Below, one piece after another: positions 37,401-50,755 of a stretch of DNA of 64,000 bases (position 1 is the first letter of the stretch; each line of letters starts with the position of its first letter). The stretch is from the NCBI GenBank assembly GCA_964187785.1, contig OZ076409.1, positions 35,342,001-35,406,000 of the forward strand, given 5' to 3'. The notes under the pieces are model-generated. The model had not been told where the DNA came from. It was given only the letters and a program-made list of their open reading frames with translations, and made no database searches. A program made the position numbers and the translations under genes. The stretch is from Amphiscolops sp. MND2022 (taxonomy: Eukaryota).

Positions 37401-40200
37401 GGTTCTTCCCACACAGCAAAGCTGGCTTCGCTTATCCAGCATGTTGTAGACACTTCAAATTGTTCTTATTCTTCAGGACTCCTTACAAACCCATTGCAGT
37501 TTTTGGCGCGTGAAAGTGATATATTTGTTTTAAAATACTCAGATGCCATTTTTTCTAAATTAAACATTTCAGTTACAAACCATTTAACACAATCAGTTCC
37601 AGAATAAGTGTAGTATGCGGAGCCAGCTTTGCTGCATGCGGAGCCTGCGGAGCCAGCGAAGCTGTATTGATTTCCAAATGGTGAAAATAGATAATAGCCA
37701 ACAGCAATTGGAATTGGTTTGAATAAAAAGTTGGGTTTATTAGGCTTATTTTGAGGCTAGTTAATACAGTCGAAATCTACATATACTTTAAAAGGGAGTG
37801 GTATTTTCATATTGTTGATTTATACATCTTTCTATATGATCAATTGGAACCGGGTGTGCACTCGAGGCTGTTAAACATCTCCTACATACATGGTTAAATA
37901 GTGAACTTTTATTAATTAAACAGTGTAACTTTGTAATTTGAATAAAAAATTGGGTATATTAGGCTTATTTTGAGGCTAGTTAATACAGCCAAAATCTACA
38001 TAGACTCTAAAAGGGAGTGGTATTTTCATATTGTTGATTTATACATCTTTCTATATGATCAATTGGAACCGGGTGTGCACTCGAGGCTGTTAAACATCTC
38101 CTACATACATGGCTGAAATGTGAACTTTTATTAATTAAACAGTGTAACTTTGTAATTTGAATAAAAAGTTGGGTTTATTAGGCTTATTTTGAGGCTAGTT
38201 AATACAGTCGAAATCTACATATACTCTAAAAGGGAGTGGTATTTTCATATTGTTGATTTATAAATCTTTCTATATGATCAATTGGAACCGGGTGTGCACT
38301 CGAGGCTGTTAAACATCTCCTACATACATGGTTAAAATGTGAACTTTTATTAATTAAACAGTGTAACTTTGTAATTATTGGCATTAGTAATTTTCATACA
38401 ATAATCAGTCTGTTTGTGTTTGTTTGATCATAGTTCGTTTTCAGTGGATTGATGCCAAACTGTTCCCATTACGATACACATCCCGGTAAAATGGACTCCA
38501 GTCAGGCAGCGTAATCTGTGTAATCCGAAAAATGGTCATTCAGCGTAAGTTAGTCAAGACAGTCTATGCCTGACGATGTAGCTGTGGCAACGCGCGTAAT
38601 GGAAAATAGTGTAAATTAGTCAAGGCACGTAGTTAGTGAAAAGTGGAAGTTATTCCAAAAATATACTTTTTCGTATTTCAGTAAAAATTTTGACTAACTT
38701 CCACTTATTGCAAGTATAGCGATCTAAATTTGCAAAAAGTGGAATGCGGTCAAAGTTTGACCAACTTACACCATGTTTATATGCATTCAAAACTCAAGGT
38801 TCATTTTATTCCAATTCAAACCACCACATCGTAAAATAGTCAACGTAAACGATGATTCAACAAAAAGTGGTTATCATTGCTAAGCTGTACCATGCATAGT
38901 ACGTTTAAATTGCATTCAATGCAAGTTGCGCATGAGTACACGTGTATTTGATTCAGCATTTACGTGCAGATAAACTACCTTGTAGCTTCTAATGAGCACA
39001 GTTATAACAGTTGATTGATCTGTCACCGACCGGGTTTCCTCTTCTAAGGAAAAACATTTTCAAAGCAGCCCTCATCAATAGTTGCTCAACTAGTTTTAAT
39101 TGTGGTCCCTGTCGTGAGCAAAGCACGGTCACCGGAATGATCGGTTAACGAATTGATCAACTTGTTATTCTGGTCTGGGTATTTTGAGCCAGGGTATTGA
39201 CAAGGACTAATTTTGATCCCTGTAGTGAGCAACATCAAGAAAAGTTGTAACAAATAATCTATACGAAGTTGAAACTTTCTCGACCGAGAACAACAGTTTA
39301 TGGATTACCAATCATGAATTATTGAACTAAAAACGAAGTTTGGACCATATGCCTTGTCCCCCCCCCTCAGATAAACAATGTTTGAGCTAGTGAGTTCAAG
39401 TACATTTATATTTAAATTGTTCAAATTTTCAAACTGGGGAATATCTTGACTTTCCATAGGGAATTCTAAATCTCCATAACACAAAGTATGCTCATGCATA
39501 TCATATTTTGAAGTTCTATTTTTATTGTCTTCAACTGGGTAAAGTTTAGCTACGATACACCACAAAAAAACTAAATTGATCATTAGTTTTTATGTTAATA
39601 AGTGATTTTTTGTTCTTATATTTTGTAAGAATCATTATATGAAAAACATTGAATACCATTGATTTTATACATTTCTATTATAACAACAAAACGCAAACAC
39701 GGAAAACCTGATCCTTCCAATGCTTGTTCATCTAATTGATGCATTAATGTGTTGTGAATATTTGCATAATCTTGATTCATGTGTATGTAGTTTATATCTA
39801 ATTTTACCCATTTATGAAATGAATGTTGTTCTCCATTAACATTTTTTGTAAACTTAGCTAGATAACTTACATGAAAGTTAAGTTTGGGAAACATACTCTC
39901 GGATAAAATGTTTCTCACTAGTTTTTCTAAATCTTGACTTTCGAGGCCATTTTTGCCTATATTATACGTGATGTGTGAATTTTCGTCATGAAATAACCCG
40001 AAAGTTATAATGTTTTGATTTCTGTGATTATTGCTAATTGATCTCTGGATAATGGATCTTTGGACATGTGCCATAGATCGATAGTGCCTTATTCTATCTG
40101 TTATATATTTATTACAATCTTCACACCACTATCTAATGTGGTGGCCTCCTTGTTCATCTGAACTTAGATGTGTTTATTTTTCTGACAGGGACATAAATGA
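31440..40200 (-). pseudogene. polB: Protein-primed DNA polymerase B (copy A), interrupted by the tandem array and a ~1 kb insertion
   Basis: YNDANNLYGWAM, YVDTDS, RDHVRLTGKY..AHNRCN, LEGSGF; N-terminal part resumes at ~39370. Confidence 0.9.
33484..38547. repeat. Nested tandem array of a polB fragment plus ~190 bp foreign sequence (five units)
   Basis: Unit starts at 33484, 34471, 35276, 36081, 37324 (periods 987, 805, 805, 1243), with an internal ~219-bp subrepeat. Confidence 0.93.
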
Positions 40201-40559
40201 GTTGCATTAATAAACGATAATCTTGATTTAGAACTTGTAGATGTCTTACGGATTTCAAATAATGCGATCTCGCAAAACTTCTATAATCGGAATGACAACC
40301 ATTACAAAACTCCTTTTCTTTTTTTTAAAAAAAGTATTCTATTAAGAAGTATCTATTTTTCTTCAATTGATGGAAGTTAATTTTAATTTCGTTTCTCATC
40401 TTAAAATTGAATAAATTAATTATAAGAAACTGTTTGGCTTATCACGCTTGTCTGTATGCGAAGCCAGATGATGCGAAGCTAGCGTTGCTGTATCACGCTT
40501 GTTTGTATTATTGATGATGCTATTTTGTGTACCGAGAATTTTTTCATACACATTCCCAA

Positions 40560-41033
40560 ATCGATGATATTTTGTCATCTATATGATTATCTTTTAGACT
40601 AGTGGCATGAAAGTGTCTGAAGTCATCAAGTGTCTTCTAAATACAAGCATACATCTTGATATAATTTTGCTCCGTTTTCTTCAACCAAGAGAAACAAATT
40701 TTAAAAAGTATACGGGTTGCACAACCGGCTCCTGCGGCAATGGGAGCAACTATAATGCACTCGCCAATAAGTGATAATGTAACGGATGTTGAAATGTTCC
40801 TATTATTGTAAGACCATCTGTCGAGTTAACTAGGGTATTTTTAGCTTGTATTTTTTATATTTTTTCGTATATTTTTTTCTTCCAGTGCATAAAACTTCAT
40901 CTTCATCATGATATTTTGACCAGAATCTTTGAAATTAGAAACTTTGCGAATTGCCTATTTATCTTTGATTCTACATCAAGAGATCCCTTATCGCTGGACA
41001 GATAGGGTGCAGAAAGATAGAATTTTTGCTTCA
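40560..41033 (-). pseudogene. Hydrophobic membrane-type Polinton protein, homolog of 55799-56322
   Basis: Minus strand reads STSVTLSLIGECIIVAPIAAGAG, matching STAITLSVTGVGLIVVPIASGIG; starts at TAATAAATG. Confidence 0.7.
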
Positions 41034-41225
41034 TTTATTATAAAAAAACTCTTTTCTCTAAGCTTCGCATTATGAAAAAACCAGTTTTATTCTAATCATT
41101 CATTCATATTAAATGAAATTAAGTTATATTCGTTGGTGTTAACTTCATTCTGGGTTTCATATCACTTATTTCCATATAGGAATTTTTTTCAATGACTTCA
41201 AAGTACTTTCCTGGGTAGAATATTC

Positions 41226-41890
41226 TCACTCAGACAGATAATATTCACCATGTGATATTATTGTTCCATGCTTTTCTAATAAAAATGTCTCACCAAAAGT
41301 TAGATAATTTGCAATTGCGTGATCTTTGTTGAGGAAAGAATCGAAAGAATATTCGTCATAAAGCAGTTGATTTATGTTGTTAGTTATATTATTTTTATTT
41401 TGATCTAGTCTATTAAGAACTATATATATTTCATCTTCAATTACAATCATTCTAGCCTGACACGGACTAGTCATACACTGTAAGTTATTTACAGTTAGCA
41501 TTTCAAAACTGTTTTTGTTGATTGAATCTAGTACTTCATTTAATATTGTAGTTCTCTGTTCCGTGAAATATTTTTCATATATTCTTTCAACAGATTTATG
41601 GTTTTTGAAAGGTCTGAAAACCGGGAATAAAAATCTTTCATTAATTTTGAATACGATAAATCATTCTGAATTTGTTCTGATAATTCAGAGTTTACAATAC
41701 AGCAAAGTTGGCTTCGCATGTTTGCCAGAATTCTTTCATCGATTACTTTTTCTTGATCTTCTGATAAGGAATCTAATTCCTTTTTGCAAATCTTCAATTG
41801 GTTTGGAATGGGTTATTTGGGTAATTTTTTTTTATCATATCTTTTATGTCATATCTTTCATCATATCTTTTTTTGTCATGATATTCCCTC
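41226..41890 (-). pseudogene. Unknown Polinton-associated ORF remnants
   Basis: ORFs 41226-41501 and 41540-41797, AT-rich, carry the Polinton-associated mini-hairpin insert at 41699; no counterpart recognised in copy C. Confidence 0.4.
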
Positions 41891-43569
41891 ATTTTTAGCT
41901 GTTCACTAGAAAATCAAAATATTTGAAGAGACATTTATTAGGATGAAAAAGTTGAAATTCAAGAAACTTATCTTTCAGGTTGCTTTCTCACATGGGTTTC
42001 AAAGTATGCAAAGCGCTTCGCATGAAAACTTGTGTGTGACAAATGTTGTTCACAAGGTGTACATTTTTGTTATGCGAATCGCTTTGCATACAGCAGAGCT
42101 GTCTTCGCATGAAGCGGGTTGCGAAAAAACCCGAAAAACCCAATTTTTCATATGTTTGCTAACCTGGCAATCAGTGGATTCAAGATATCAAAAAAAGTTT
42201 GGAACAAAAAATGTGTGTATGAAGATTGTCTAGAACTTTGATGCGCTGAGTCGGTATCGTAGGATAAGCCAGTTTCGAGAAAAACTAGAAAAACTCAATT
42301 TTCACATCTCTCTCATCACTTGGTAGTCAGTGGGTTTTCAGTACCGAACTGAAATTTGGTGGCGAGACGTATTTTCGGACGCCCTACGTTTTTGCTTTTA
42401 TAAGTCATCACGCTAAAACTAACGGTTGAGCAAGTTCCTTTGATCTTGCAAGATTCAAGGTTAACCCTGATCTCAACACCTGTTCGGGTCACATACAAGC
42501 TGAGTATGCCATAAGAAAGATCGTATATGAGACTGGAACTAATTTACAAGTGTTACTTGTCTTACTCCAACCATTTTTAAGAAAATTGAGAAACACCCAT
42601 TTTTCACACCTGTTTTCTCACCTGCTAATCAGTGGCTCTAAGATACAGAAACTTTTTTTTGATAAAAGTGTAACTTGTTATTGTCAACTAATTTGATCTC
42701 CTGAGTCAGTCTCGAGAAATTAGTGAAAACTCTTTTTTCACACCTGTTTTGGCACCTGGTATTAGTGGGTTGATGTTAAAGAAATTGTTCAGAAATAAAA
42801 TATGTGAAACTTTTCCATATCGACAACTTTTGTTCGTGTGGACGTTGTCTAAAATTATTTCCTGTTGAGATATTGAGCAATTTAACTTTTCCTTGTATTA
42901 AGATTAGGTATAAAATAAAACGCGGATTCCATCGACTATATTCCATGTGCTACAGACGCTGCCACATATTCCATGTGTCCACCGCTCGCAAATTAACTAC
43001 ACAGGATTTTACCTCCAACTGGTTAAATCACTATAGAGCGCCAGTTTATGTAACACACAATTTTTCCACTCCCGAAAGTGTGTCCTGGTAAATCTCACGT
43101 TGCCAATACTAATAGAAAGCGGGGAAAGGATGACAAACCCTTTTAAGCAATAGTAACTTGTATGTAAAAATAATACACTAACTTCCTCATATACCCACCT
43201 CTGCTAACTGCGAAATTGAATGTGTGGATATTCTTGGTTAGAAAGAAAGATTGGAGGATGTTGGTTAGAAGCGAACCCCAAAGACTCCGCAAAAGTTTCA
43301 ACTTTAGACTTATGTTACGACCACTAAGCCAGGGTAGTCGAATGATTGTTGGTTTTCATTTTTTTATGAACCAGTCATTTTTTCTATTAGATAGCTATCT
43401 TATTCCTGAGAAACAGCGTTGTTATATTTTCAAGCAATTTTCCAACAGTTGCGTTTTCAACTTGACTTCGCACAGTATTGAATGGGCACAATATTGAAAG
43501 CAAGTCTTTCATTAAAATCTATCATCTTTCACCATTTGAGGTTATGTGAATTTTTCCTTTATGGCAAAA

Positions 43570-43817
43570 GATCCAATGAAAATTTTTGTTCAGCGAATTT
43601 TTGTTGTTAACTTTTTAGTAGTGAAAAAAAGCCAATTTTCGATGATTTGTTTTGAAAATATGCTTATTTTAACAGTTTTACTAGTCCGCGAAAGATACAG
43701 CAACGCGTGTTAGTAAATTTTATTGTTGTGAAAAACAGCTAATTTATGATGATTTGCCGTGAAAATATGATTATTTTAACTGCAATAATGATTTATGACG
43801 GCAATTCCCCTACTACT
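43570..43817. repeat. Right terminal inverted repeat of Polinton copy A
   Basis: Similar to 61898-62480 (AATGAAAATTTTTGTTCAG, GATGATTTG..TGAAAATATG) and ends CCTACTACT. Confidence 0.8.
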
Positions 43818-46689
43818 AAAGAAGTACCGTATTTATAAACTTTCCTGCAAAAATAGCTATCTTTACGTTTTTGGTACCATAGTTAATCAATTTTTCACAA
43901 CAATTTTTGAACGTCAATAGGCATGCCTGGATTCTCAATAGGCATTTTCTCAATGTCGGAAACACCTTTTTCACGCTGAAACGATAACAGATCAATGTCG
44001 AATGGTTGACAAAAGTGTAATTCCGACACAAGAAACTCGCCAATTACTTTTTTATGGAACACGCAGCCTAGTTGGTGCTCTTCTAGATGTCACTGAAGCA
44101 GTGTTCTAACTTTCTTCAAATTTTGAAACCTTGAAAGCATTCTGCAAATAGATCAAGAGCTAGTACTGATAATGATGATATCTTTAGCTTTTTTGATATC
44201 CTCCTGTCGGAAGTTCGGAAACGGTTGAAACTATTTAGCTTTAGAGTCTAGTGCTACAATCTGTTACAAGATGAGTTCCAAATGTCCGACAATCAAATGC
44301 AATGTATGATGTGACTACTGCCATGTGTCAGCGTTCCCAGCCAGTAGCTATCATTTCACGCTTTATGTCAGAGAAAAACGAAACCTTGTCGGAAATGGAT
44401 TGGACAGAGACTTCCTTTGAAGTGCTCAAGATGTACATGTCATTTTGTCCGCACCAGCGATTGATGCAATTCAAGGCGTTAAACTTAGAATAGAAGACTT
44501 GCTAATTCACTCTAGCAAAAATCATCGTGGAGGCTAAGAACCTATGAAGACAAACTTATGAAGCAAAAACAGGAACGCCATGATTTCCATTTTCATTTGT
44601 ACACTCGTTGAAACTGTTCGAAAGCTTGAAGTTTTTCTATGGGCTACCAAGGGCTTCTTAAAATGTAATGAAATTATAAAGAACCTGTCCTGTCGAATTT
44701 TTGACAGCTACGTTCGCAGTTAGCATTAGGAAAATTACAAAGTACACAAAAAACCTAAAATTGAGCAAAATTGGAGTTAAAAACTTCGGTGGGGTGTTGG
44801 ATTTGAAGTTTCGGTGACATCAATATAGCTCATATAATGGTTGAACTCGACTTTTTATTTTCCTTCCTTCCAAATGTGGGAAACTAAAAATACTAATTCA
44901 GCCCTGTTTCGTTTCGTTCTAATTCGATATGTTCCAACTTAATACCCAAATGCTAGATGTTCGTCCACAGATTTCAACTACCAAAGAAATAAGTTCGGAA
45001 TTTTTTATTGGAGAGCGCCTCACGTCAAATTGTCCCAAAATGAAACCAAAATACGCGTAATTTTTACACCCTTTGGTCATGTTATGCAATGTTTGTACTG
45101 TTGAGTGCTTTGAGTTCAAATGCAAACAAATAATGACATATTTACCCTACATTTTTTCAGAGAAACGTGATATGTTCAGTCTAGTGAATGTCCCGTAACG
45201 TCCATAAAAGCAATAATTCTCAAAATATTGTTCGTTATACCAATCTTTGGTAGGTTTTGAAAATTTTTTGGTTATGAAACCAGTTTCATTCTGAAAAAGG
45301 CCCAAATTACAAAAAAGTGTGAGACTTTTTAAATTTTCAATCGTTTCACGTAACGTTAGGATGTTTCCGCTGGTAGGGATATCCACTGAATTGAACAACA
45401 AATTCAGTTAGCTACTTAACAACAGATAATTAGCTCCTTAGCATAAATACTTATGGAAGTTGTTTTTTGGAAAAAAATGTCGTCGCTGTAATAGTTCGGA
45501 ACGGAAAAGAACCCTGTTTTCAGCAGGCGTTTTGTAAATGTTTCGCTCGGAAACACATCATCCTATTAGACCACACAATTTGTTGACTTTGTTCAGACAG
45601 TAATCTATAAGCTCTCTAAATTGGAGGAATTGTCCAGATGTATACCTAGTCTTTTCCGAATCTTTTTGTATATTAACTTTTTTGAATATGGTACTTTTGA
45701 AACAAGAAGGCCAGTTTTTTTCAGGAAGGCCTTCATTTAATTCAAATACCAGGTGAGTTCTTCAATTACAAGTGGACAGCATTTCAGAATTCCAATGCTT
45801 ATGCCATCGTCGCCACAACTTTTTGAGTTCCCATCTTTATGAAAGTCTTAGCTACTTTGGCCCAATCTGTTGGATGAAGTACAATGGTGATTTGATTTCG
45901 ATTGATCGAGGAAAAAGGCTTAGTTTCTGAATGTTTGGCTGACGGAGGAAAAATAATTTTTGGGTTGTTTAAGCTCAAATAGGGCTGTGCATAGTTGTTG
46001 TTGATTCTTTTTACAACCAAGAGTTTTGTAAACGATGAAAATTATTGTTTTTTTCTCATGATGTTATTTCCGTAAACCTTTTTGCACCATTTGTGTAGTA
46101 GTCACATATTTTTGTTTGAATACTTCAACGGATTGTTGTTTCTGTTTTTAATCTCGTTACAAGTTATCATAGAATCGCCACAATTTTTTTTCGAAGTCGG
46201 TGTTACTTTTTGGTTCAAAATCGCGAATTCCGAAAGTGTTTGCAGACAAGCGTTTCATAGTTTTCGAGCTCTCAGTAATTCTCAATGTTTCTAAATTGAG
46301 CTCAGCAGACAATATCAAGGAATGAAGTATGTTTTTACACATCGATAGAAACTTGTTGTTTGATCCTAATGTTTCTTGTCTGTAAAAAAATACAGTTTTA
46401 CACTTTATTCCTTACGTCGGTGAAACGTACAATAGAGCGTAGTTTACATTAGAAGCTTTTCGAGTCAGCATCTTGAGTTGATTCGAAACAAAAAACAATG
46501 AACTTTAGACATTCTCTCCCACTAGTAGAGAAGGAATATTTTTGTTTTATTGTACTTGTGTTCTATGCCAGTGAACCCTAATTGAGAATAAAAGCAAACA
46601 AGCCAACTACCCACTCAAAAAGTTGTTTGGAGCTTTCAGCTCATTTCTATCTACTACGCTTGTTAAATTCTTGCGACAGCACCTTGATA

Positions 46690-47222
46690 CCCCGCTATCC
46701 CTGATTCAGAGAACCCCGGAAATGCCAGACGATATTGACGGAACATCCTTTAACACCCAGTGTTGTGACATCCCCGCCAAAACGTCTCAACTGAGAGCAG
46801 AAAAGCGGAGGTTCACGAAACCCAGAAGCACGGAAGCAAGTTGCAATCTACCTATGGACTGTTCCAAAGGAGAGTGCTGAAAATATCCGACCTGGTAAGT
46901 TTTGTGCGGTATTAAGGTTGTTTTGCAGATATATGATGATACCAGATCTAGTAGATCACCGTTCTAGACGATCTTAATCCGATAATTTAATGTATTTCAG
47001 CTAGGTGCCTTTTTTGGACTTCGGAAGCATGTACGAAGTCGCAGGATCCCTGGGATTTTTTACAGGCTCGTGGGACGTGCCCGGGCTTTGAGATTGCCGG
47101 CACGTAACCACGGAGCTAGTTCTGGAATGAAAAACCTCCTTGACGTAGGAAAAGTCCCTGGGAGACCTTTTTTGGAGAAAGCCTAGCAGTTCTATGATAA
47201 ACGCTGCTAGCTTGACGTTACA
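46690..47222 (+). mobile_element. 5'-truncated LTR fragment related to 19977-20700
   Basis: Shared blocks (TTTTTGGAC..GAAGTCGCAGGA.CCCT) and terminus TTGACGTTACA. Confidence 0.65.
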
Positions 47223-48036
47223 TATTTTTAAAAATTTGACGTAAGTTTTGGACCAAAATGTAGCCTATAAAATGTTTGTACAGTTTATGAAATCATGTAC
47301 TCTGTATTGGGTATCAGTTCTGAGATATAGGGGATCAAAGATGAAAAACAGTCAAGAATGCGGTGTTCAAAAACTATGAAGTCGATTTTGAAAAATGGTT
47401 TAAAAATATAGACCAGGATCTTGCGGAACTTTTAGCGAAAACATGGTGTCCATATCTGTTCTGAATTTGGAAAAAGTTGCCTCAAAAGTTTGAAAATTTG
47501 GCACATGTGAACTCTGCGAAAAAACTCCAGCATATGGGCTTTATCGCAAAGCTCGAGCGGCAAAAAACTCAATGATATGGGCATCTCGCGAGCTCCACGC
47601 CCCGAAAAAAAAGAAGGCGTTTCTAGAAGATGCACAGGAAGTTATCTGGTGACAAATTAACTATATGTCTGTCTAGCACAAGGGCTACTAGGACAAGAGG
47701 GACAAAATATCAGAGGACGATCATTAGATCACAAAGTAGTTCATTGGTGAAGGGCATTGAGAAGAAAATTGTAAAAAATGTTTTAACATAAAAAAAGTCT
47801 TCAAATGTCTACCAACAGAAGTTGATCCCAAAAACTTGGATGGTAGATTTGAAAGATTTGTACCAACAATAGGGAACAATGTGTCGAACTAAAAGATTTT
47901 GGTTAGTACAGAAGGCGACATTAGTACCGATAACAAGATCGATCAATATAAATTTCACGTTTTAGTAAGTACAGAAAAGTCGAACCAAATAAATGATTAG
48001 TACAGAAAATGTATGATATACCGATATTTGTATATC

Positions 48037-48535
48037 AGTAGTAGGCTATTTCCCGATATATGGCACAACAAAAAAAATTGTTTAAAAATAACATATTTTC
48101 AAGATAAATCATCTAAAATTAACTTTTTTTTATACTAAACGTTAAAAAATAACATATTTTCAAGGTAAATCATTAAAAATTCCTGATATATGGCATAACA
48201 AAAAAATTGTTAAAAAATGACATATTTTCAAGGCAAATCATCTAAAATTAACGTTTTTTTATGACTAAATGTTAAAAAATAACATATTTTCAAGATAAAT
48301 TATTAAAAATTCCCGATATATCCCGTAATAAAAAAAATGTTAAAACTAACATATTTTCAAGGTAAATCATCTAAAATTAACGTTTTTTTCACAACTAACT
48401 GTTAAAAAATAACATATTTGCGAAGCAATTCACACCGAAGGAGCTCCACTTGCAAAACGCCAGCGAAGCTGTATCAAAAATAGCGTTTTATCACAACTAA
48501 AAAATTGACAAAAGAAAAATCAATAAACAAATTGT
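48037..48535 (+). repeat. Left TIR (~500 bp, internally repetitive)
   Basis: Reverse complement of 61900-62480; repeated AACATATTTTCAAG.TAAATCAT units. Confidence 0.95.
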
Positions 48536-48571
48536 TCCAGTGGAAATTTTTGTCATAAAAAAAACTAATAA

Positions 48572-49015
48572 ATGAACTGTTTGTCATTCCAAGAATTTGT
48601 TGAAAAATATGGATTAAAAAACGAAGCAACTTCCAATGTAAAAATAAAAGAAATTCTTGATACGCTTTGCGCCTCCTGTAAACTAATAATCCCAGCAGGA
48701 ATTTACATGAGAGATGATAAGTTTACAACAGATTCAGGAATAGTCAACTTACATCCAACTAAAGGAACACATTGGGTTATGTTTACGCAAAGCGCCTCCG
48801 GTACAAATCAAAATTATTTTGATTCATATGGATACCCACCTCCAACTAATATCCAGAATCAAGTTAAAAAAGGTATCTATTCAGAATATCAAATCCAGAC
48901 CAACGACAGTTATTGTGCAGCATATTGTTTGTATGTGTTGTATCTCACAAATATAATTGGCTTTAAAAATGCAGTACTAAATTTATACCATCAAATTTTC
49001 AAATCTAATAAATGA
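48572..49015 (+). CDS. Adenain-like cysteine (maturation) protease
   Basis: GTHWV (His), YFDSYG (Asp), QIQ..DSYCAAYC (Gln/Cys); intact 147 aa. Confidence 0.93.
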   Translation: MNCLSFQEFVEKYGLKNEATSNVKIKEILDTLCASCKLIIPAGIYMRDDKFTTDSGIVNLHPTKGTHWVMFTQSASGTNQNYFDSYGYPPPTNIQNQVKKGIYSEYQIQTNDSYCAAYCLYVLYLTNIIGFKNAVLNLYHQIFKSNK

Positions 49016-49209
49016 AGAAAATTAATAATTATTCAGTTCAATATAAAATCATCTCAGAACAACCCAATCAAAATCAGCCAAATACAGCTTCGCTGGCTTT
49101 GCCTGAGTCTGCAAAAAATAATCTGAATCCGAAAAAGAAATTATCAAAACAAAACCAAGAATTTATAAACAAGATATCCGCAAGTGGATTTAAACAATTT
49201 TTCTCCTAA
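49012..49209 (+). CDS. Small basic protein of unknown function
   Basis: 65 aa, TAATAAATG start, conserved in copy A (21319-21490, ends IAASGFKQF). Confidence 0.65.
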   Translation: MKKINNYSVQYKIISEQPNQNQPNTASLALPESAKNNLNPKKKLSKQNQEFINKISASGFKQFFS

Positions 49210-49212
49210 TAA

Positions 49213-50300
49213 ATGGATCTATCAAATTTTGTAACCTATGATAAAAAAGAATCTCTTTTATTGAGTATTGCAAAATCTAATTTGGATATTGTTGAAAATA
49301 CTTCATCCAAACCTCAGGAAACTCTAGAATTTAAATTGAAAAAACAAAAAGAATCTTTTTCATTTGATATTCCATTGGAATTGCCTGAAAAATGGATGAT
49401 GGGAGTAACAAGTTTAGAAGTATACAACACTGTATACAATATTACTGAAAAGAATACCAAGCTTAAAATACTTCTCAGAAAAGATCAAATTGATGTACTT
49501 GGACTTGACACTGAATTAATAAAAAAGGTTGAGTATTTATATGAAACATCTGATAATAAAGGAATCTCTAATATAGAAAAAATTAATAAACTTATAGTTG
49601 ATAATTATACGAATAAGAAAAAACGAGGTCTAACTCAAGAAGATTTTGATACTTTAACAGAAATAATTAATTTATTTATATTGAGAATACTAAAAATAAT
49701 AAAGGATCTCTCAATATAATTCTTCCTGAATATTTGATTTTTATAGATCATGTTAAAATTGAATTAACACCAGGAGTATATGAATTAACTGAATTAAATA
49801 ATGCTATTAAGGAAGAAATTAGAAGAGGTGGTGATTATTCCCCAGTTGATACAGAATCATTTAAAAAGATTGAACAAACAAAAACTAAAAAATTAGTTTT
49901 ATATATTGATTTCAATATACAAGCCGATACAATATCAATGAAGTCAATATTTTCATCATCAAACCACATTATATTCAACTCCGAACTTAACACCCTTTCA
50001 GGATTTACAAAAAAGAAATATCCAAGAGGAACCCATAAATCAGAAAAACCAGTTATGATAACAACCACAGACAAAGTTCATCTGAAGTGTGATTGTGTAG
50101 AAGGTTCAATTTTATTTTCTTTCAATTTAAGCGCACCTCCCGGATATAAAATTATAAAAGAACCCAATATTATTTTGTATAAAAAAATAAACAAAACAAG
50201 GTTAGATAGTATTCAATTTTTCCTTGAGGATAACAATCATAACCCAGTTGATTTCAACTCCGAAACATTAACATTTACAATTCAAATCATCAAGATTTAA
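49213..50300 (+). pseudogene. Minor capsid/penton protein (frameshift near 49690-49735)
   Basis: LPEKWMMGVTSLEVYNTVYNI ... VHLKCDCVEGS..PPGYKIIKEP..LY..IQFFLED.NHNPVDFNSE, typical of Polinton single jelly-roll mCP. Confidence 0.82.
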
Positions 50301-50312
50301 TCTTAATAAACA

Positions 50313-50714
50313 ATGAGCTTTAGTAAATATAAAAATGATTCATATTGTGTTGGTGGAAAACATTATTCCGCTACCACAAATATTCGTGGAGTTATTACTC
50401 AAAATAAAAAAACAGGAGCACCTGTTAAATTAATAAGAGGTACTTGTTCCTCTTGTAAAAGAAATAAATCACTTATTGTATCTTATCAAACAATTCAAGC
50501 AGAAGGATTGGGTAATTTTTTTAAACATTTAGGCTCCGCAGCCAAGAATGTCGGAAAGAAAATACTCAATAATCCTGGAAGAGCTTTAGAACTCGCAGCT
50601 AATATTGGTACAGCAGCAGCAAGTAAAAATCCAAAACTTATTGTCGCAACTGCTCCTGATATTATAAAATTTGTTCATCAAGGAAAGGGTTTATATCTGG
50701 GTAAAATTCATTAA
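50313..50714 (+). CDS. Small basic protein with YC..H / CxxC motif and GxG sites (putative virion core protein)
   Basis: Intact 133 aa; conserved in copy A; QAEGLG and QGKGLY resemble protease-processing sites. Confidence 0.7.
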   Translation: MSFSKYKNDSYCVGGKHYSATTNIRGVITQNKKTGAPVKLIRGTCSSCKRNKSLIVSYQTIQAEGLGNFFKHLGSAAKNVGKKILNNPGRALELAANIGTAAASKNPKLIVATAPDIIKFVHQGKGLYLGKIH

Positions 50715-50755
50715 TTAAATTTAAATATTTAATTATTATGATAAATAAATAAATT

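Larger units (their letters stand above)
20950..43817. mobile_element. Decayed Polinton/Maverick copy A (left TIR not found; right TIR ends at 43817)
   Basis: Pseudogenes colinear with copy C (protease, penton, ATPases, integrase, MCP, PolB); right end CCTACTACT with TIR-type subrepeats. Confidence 0.88.

Noticed and set aside
38377..39370. Insertion in polB A as a defined DNA transposon
   Set aside because: One end (CCCCCCCCTCAG) looks TIR-like but no matching other end, TSD or ORF was found
43818..46690. Host gene exons or decayed transposase
   Set aside because: Short ORFs without recognisable motifs or convincing splice structure
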